Of a DNA stretch of 53,861 bases, positions 52,920 through 53,861 are shown in pieces. Both the position numbers and the translations under genes were made by a program. Position 1 is the first letter of the stretch. Each line of letters starts with the position of its first letter. Source of the stretch: Corallochytrium limacisporum Hawaii (taxonomy: Eukaryota; Protista; Pluriformea); assembly GCA_002811645.1 (NCBI GenBank), contig PDIP01000090.1, forward strand, positions 1-53,861. The letters are read 5' to 3'. The notes below the pieces were generated by a model. The model searched no databases. It saw nothing but the letters and a program-made list of their open reading frames with translations, and was not told where the DNA came from.

Positions 52920-53752
52920 GAACTCTCTCATTCTTTTCCCTCTCCCGGCCTTGCCTCTCTCTCTCTCTCCCTCTCTCTCTCTCTCAGTTCTTTTGTTTCT
53001 TTATGGGTCGACCGGGTTTGGAAACAACAAATTCATCTATCGATAGTAACAATTGGTGGTGGTGGTGGTGGTGGTTGGTGATGGTGGATACATCGGTCAC
53101 GGGTAGGGTAGGTAGGTATGGGGAGATGGAGTATTTATTAGGTAGAACAACGCCCAAAAAAATTACAAAAGAAAAAGAGGACCGGGGTCGAACGGGAGGG
53201 GGTCTAGGAACGCATTAGGACGAGACGGAGATCACATTCGTGCTTTCTTGCCAGCGCGCGACGGTGAACCAAAAAATTTAAAGATAAAAACAAAGAAAGA
53301 AAGGTAACCCGAAATCTTTTATACATTAAACACTTGCTTGGGGCGTTTCATTTGGTGAGGTTAAGGAGGGGGGGGGGGCAATCCGGCCTAAACGGAGCAG
53401 CAGTGTAAGACAGTGACAATCCGGGCTGCAAGTCCTCAGTCAGAGTGTGTACGCGCGTCTCACCCGAGTTTCAGAATTTTTCTTTTTGTAGTCCCCTCCC
53501 CCCCACCGGAACCCCAATTTTTTTGTTTAATTTACCATTTAGCTTACTCCATATATTTAGTATTGAAAAAATTCGATTTCATCATCCGGGTCCGAGTGCT
53601 GGACGAAATCCACTAAACCTTTTCTCCTTTCCTCCGTCTTTGCTGTCTCCTCCGGCCATCGGACCCTAACCCGGGGGAGCGCTCGTTATTAATCTCTCCT
53701 GTCCCCCCTCACCCCTCCTTCTCCCTTCTTCATCTCTCGCCTCTAACTCTCC

Positions 53753-53760
<8 letters not shown>

Positions 53761-53814
<54 letters not shown>
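53761..53814. repeat. (CT)n microsatellite, ~27 units
   Basis: Directly visible. Confidence 0.95.
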
Positions 53815-53816
<2 letters not shown>

Positions 53817-53861
53817 CGCTATCTGTCCGCTTTTTGCCAGAGCCCTTCCGTGCGCTCCCAC

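Noticed and set aside
40692-53193. 13-mer gttcgaccccggt at 40692 and inverted at 53181, B-box-like
   Set aside because: Matches of this length are expected by chance in 54 kb; no A box or cloverleaf nearby.
1-53861. CRISPR arrays, rRNA, transposase/RT or viral genes
   Set aside because: None seen; no repeat-spacer periodicity or hallmark motifs.

Overview
This is a eukaryotic window that appears to begin at a chromosome end (degenerate CCCTAA repeats at 1-17). All clearly recognisable genes are single uninterrupted ORFs in the standard code. There are two zones. (i) A ~16 kb telomere-proximal accessory zone holds five minus-strand genes, all pointing at the telomere: an unknown 178-aa protein, an NRAMP transporter, a secreted catalase-peroxidase, an AsaB/CmcJ-like Fe/2OG oxygenase, and a disrupted metallo-beta-lactamase (NAPE-PLD-like)/transglutaminase fusion. 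(ii) A core zone holds USP16/45-like DUB, alanine aminotransferase, a CBM2-like ORF lacking an ATG, CstF-77, RNase Z, SAC1, an IP3 3-kinase, a 58-aa coiled-coil ORF missed by the ORF track, UBR7, BRE1, endophilin A, tRNA-Thr(UGU), SCLT1 and JAGN1. Convergent genes are only ~80-190 bp apart, whereas most 5' flanks carry G/C-tract and microsatellite islands, and all four assembly gaps fall in these. Gene content and intron absence suggest an intron-poor unicellular holozoan (Corallochytrium would fit; inference, unverified). All family calls come from motif recognition by eye, with no database search. No single undescribed system is demonstrated. The best leads are the MBL-transglutaminase fusion and its two GT-AG-bounded lesions, the ATG-less secreted CBM2-like ORF, the hidden small ORF, the upstream islands and the functionally paired neighbours.
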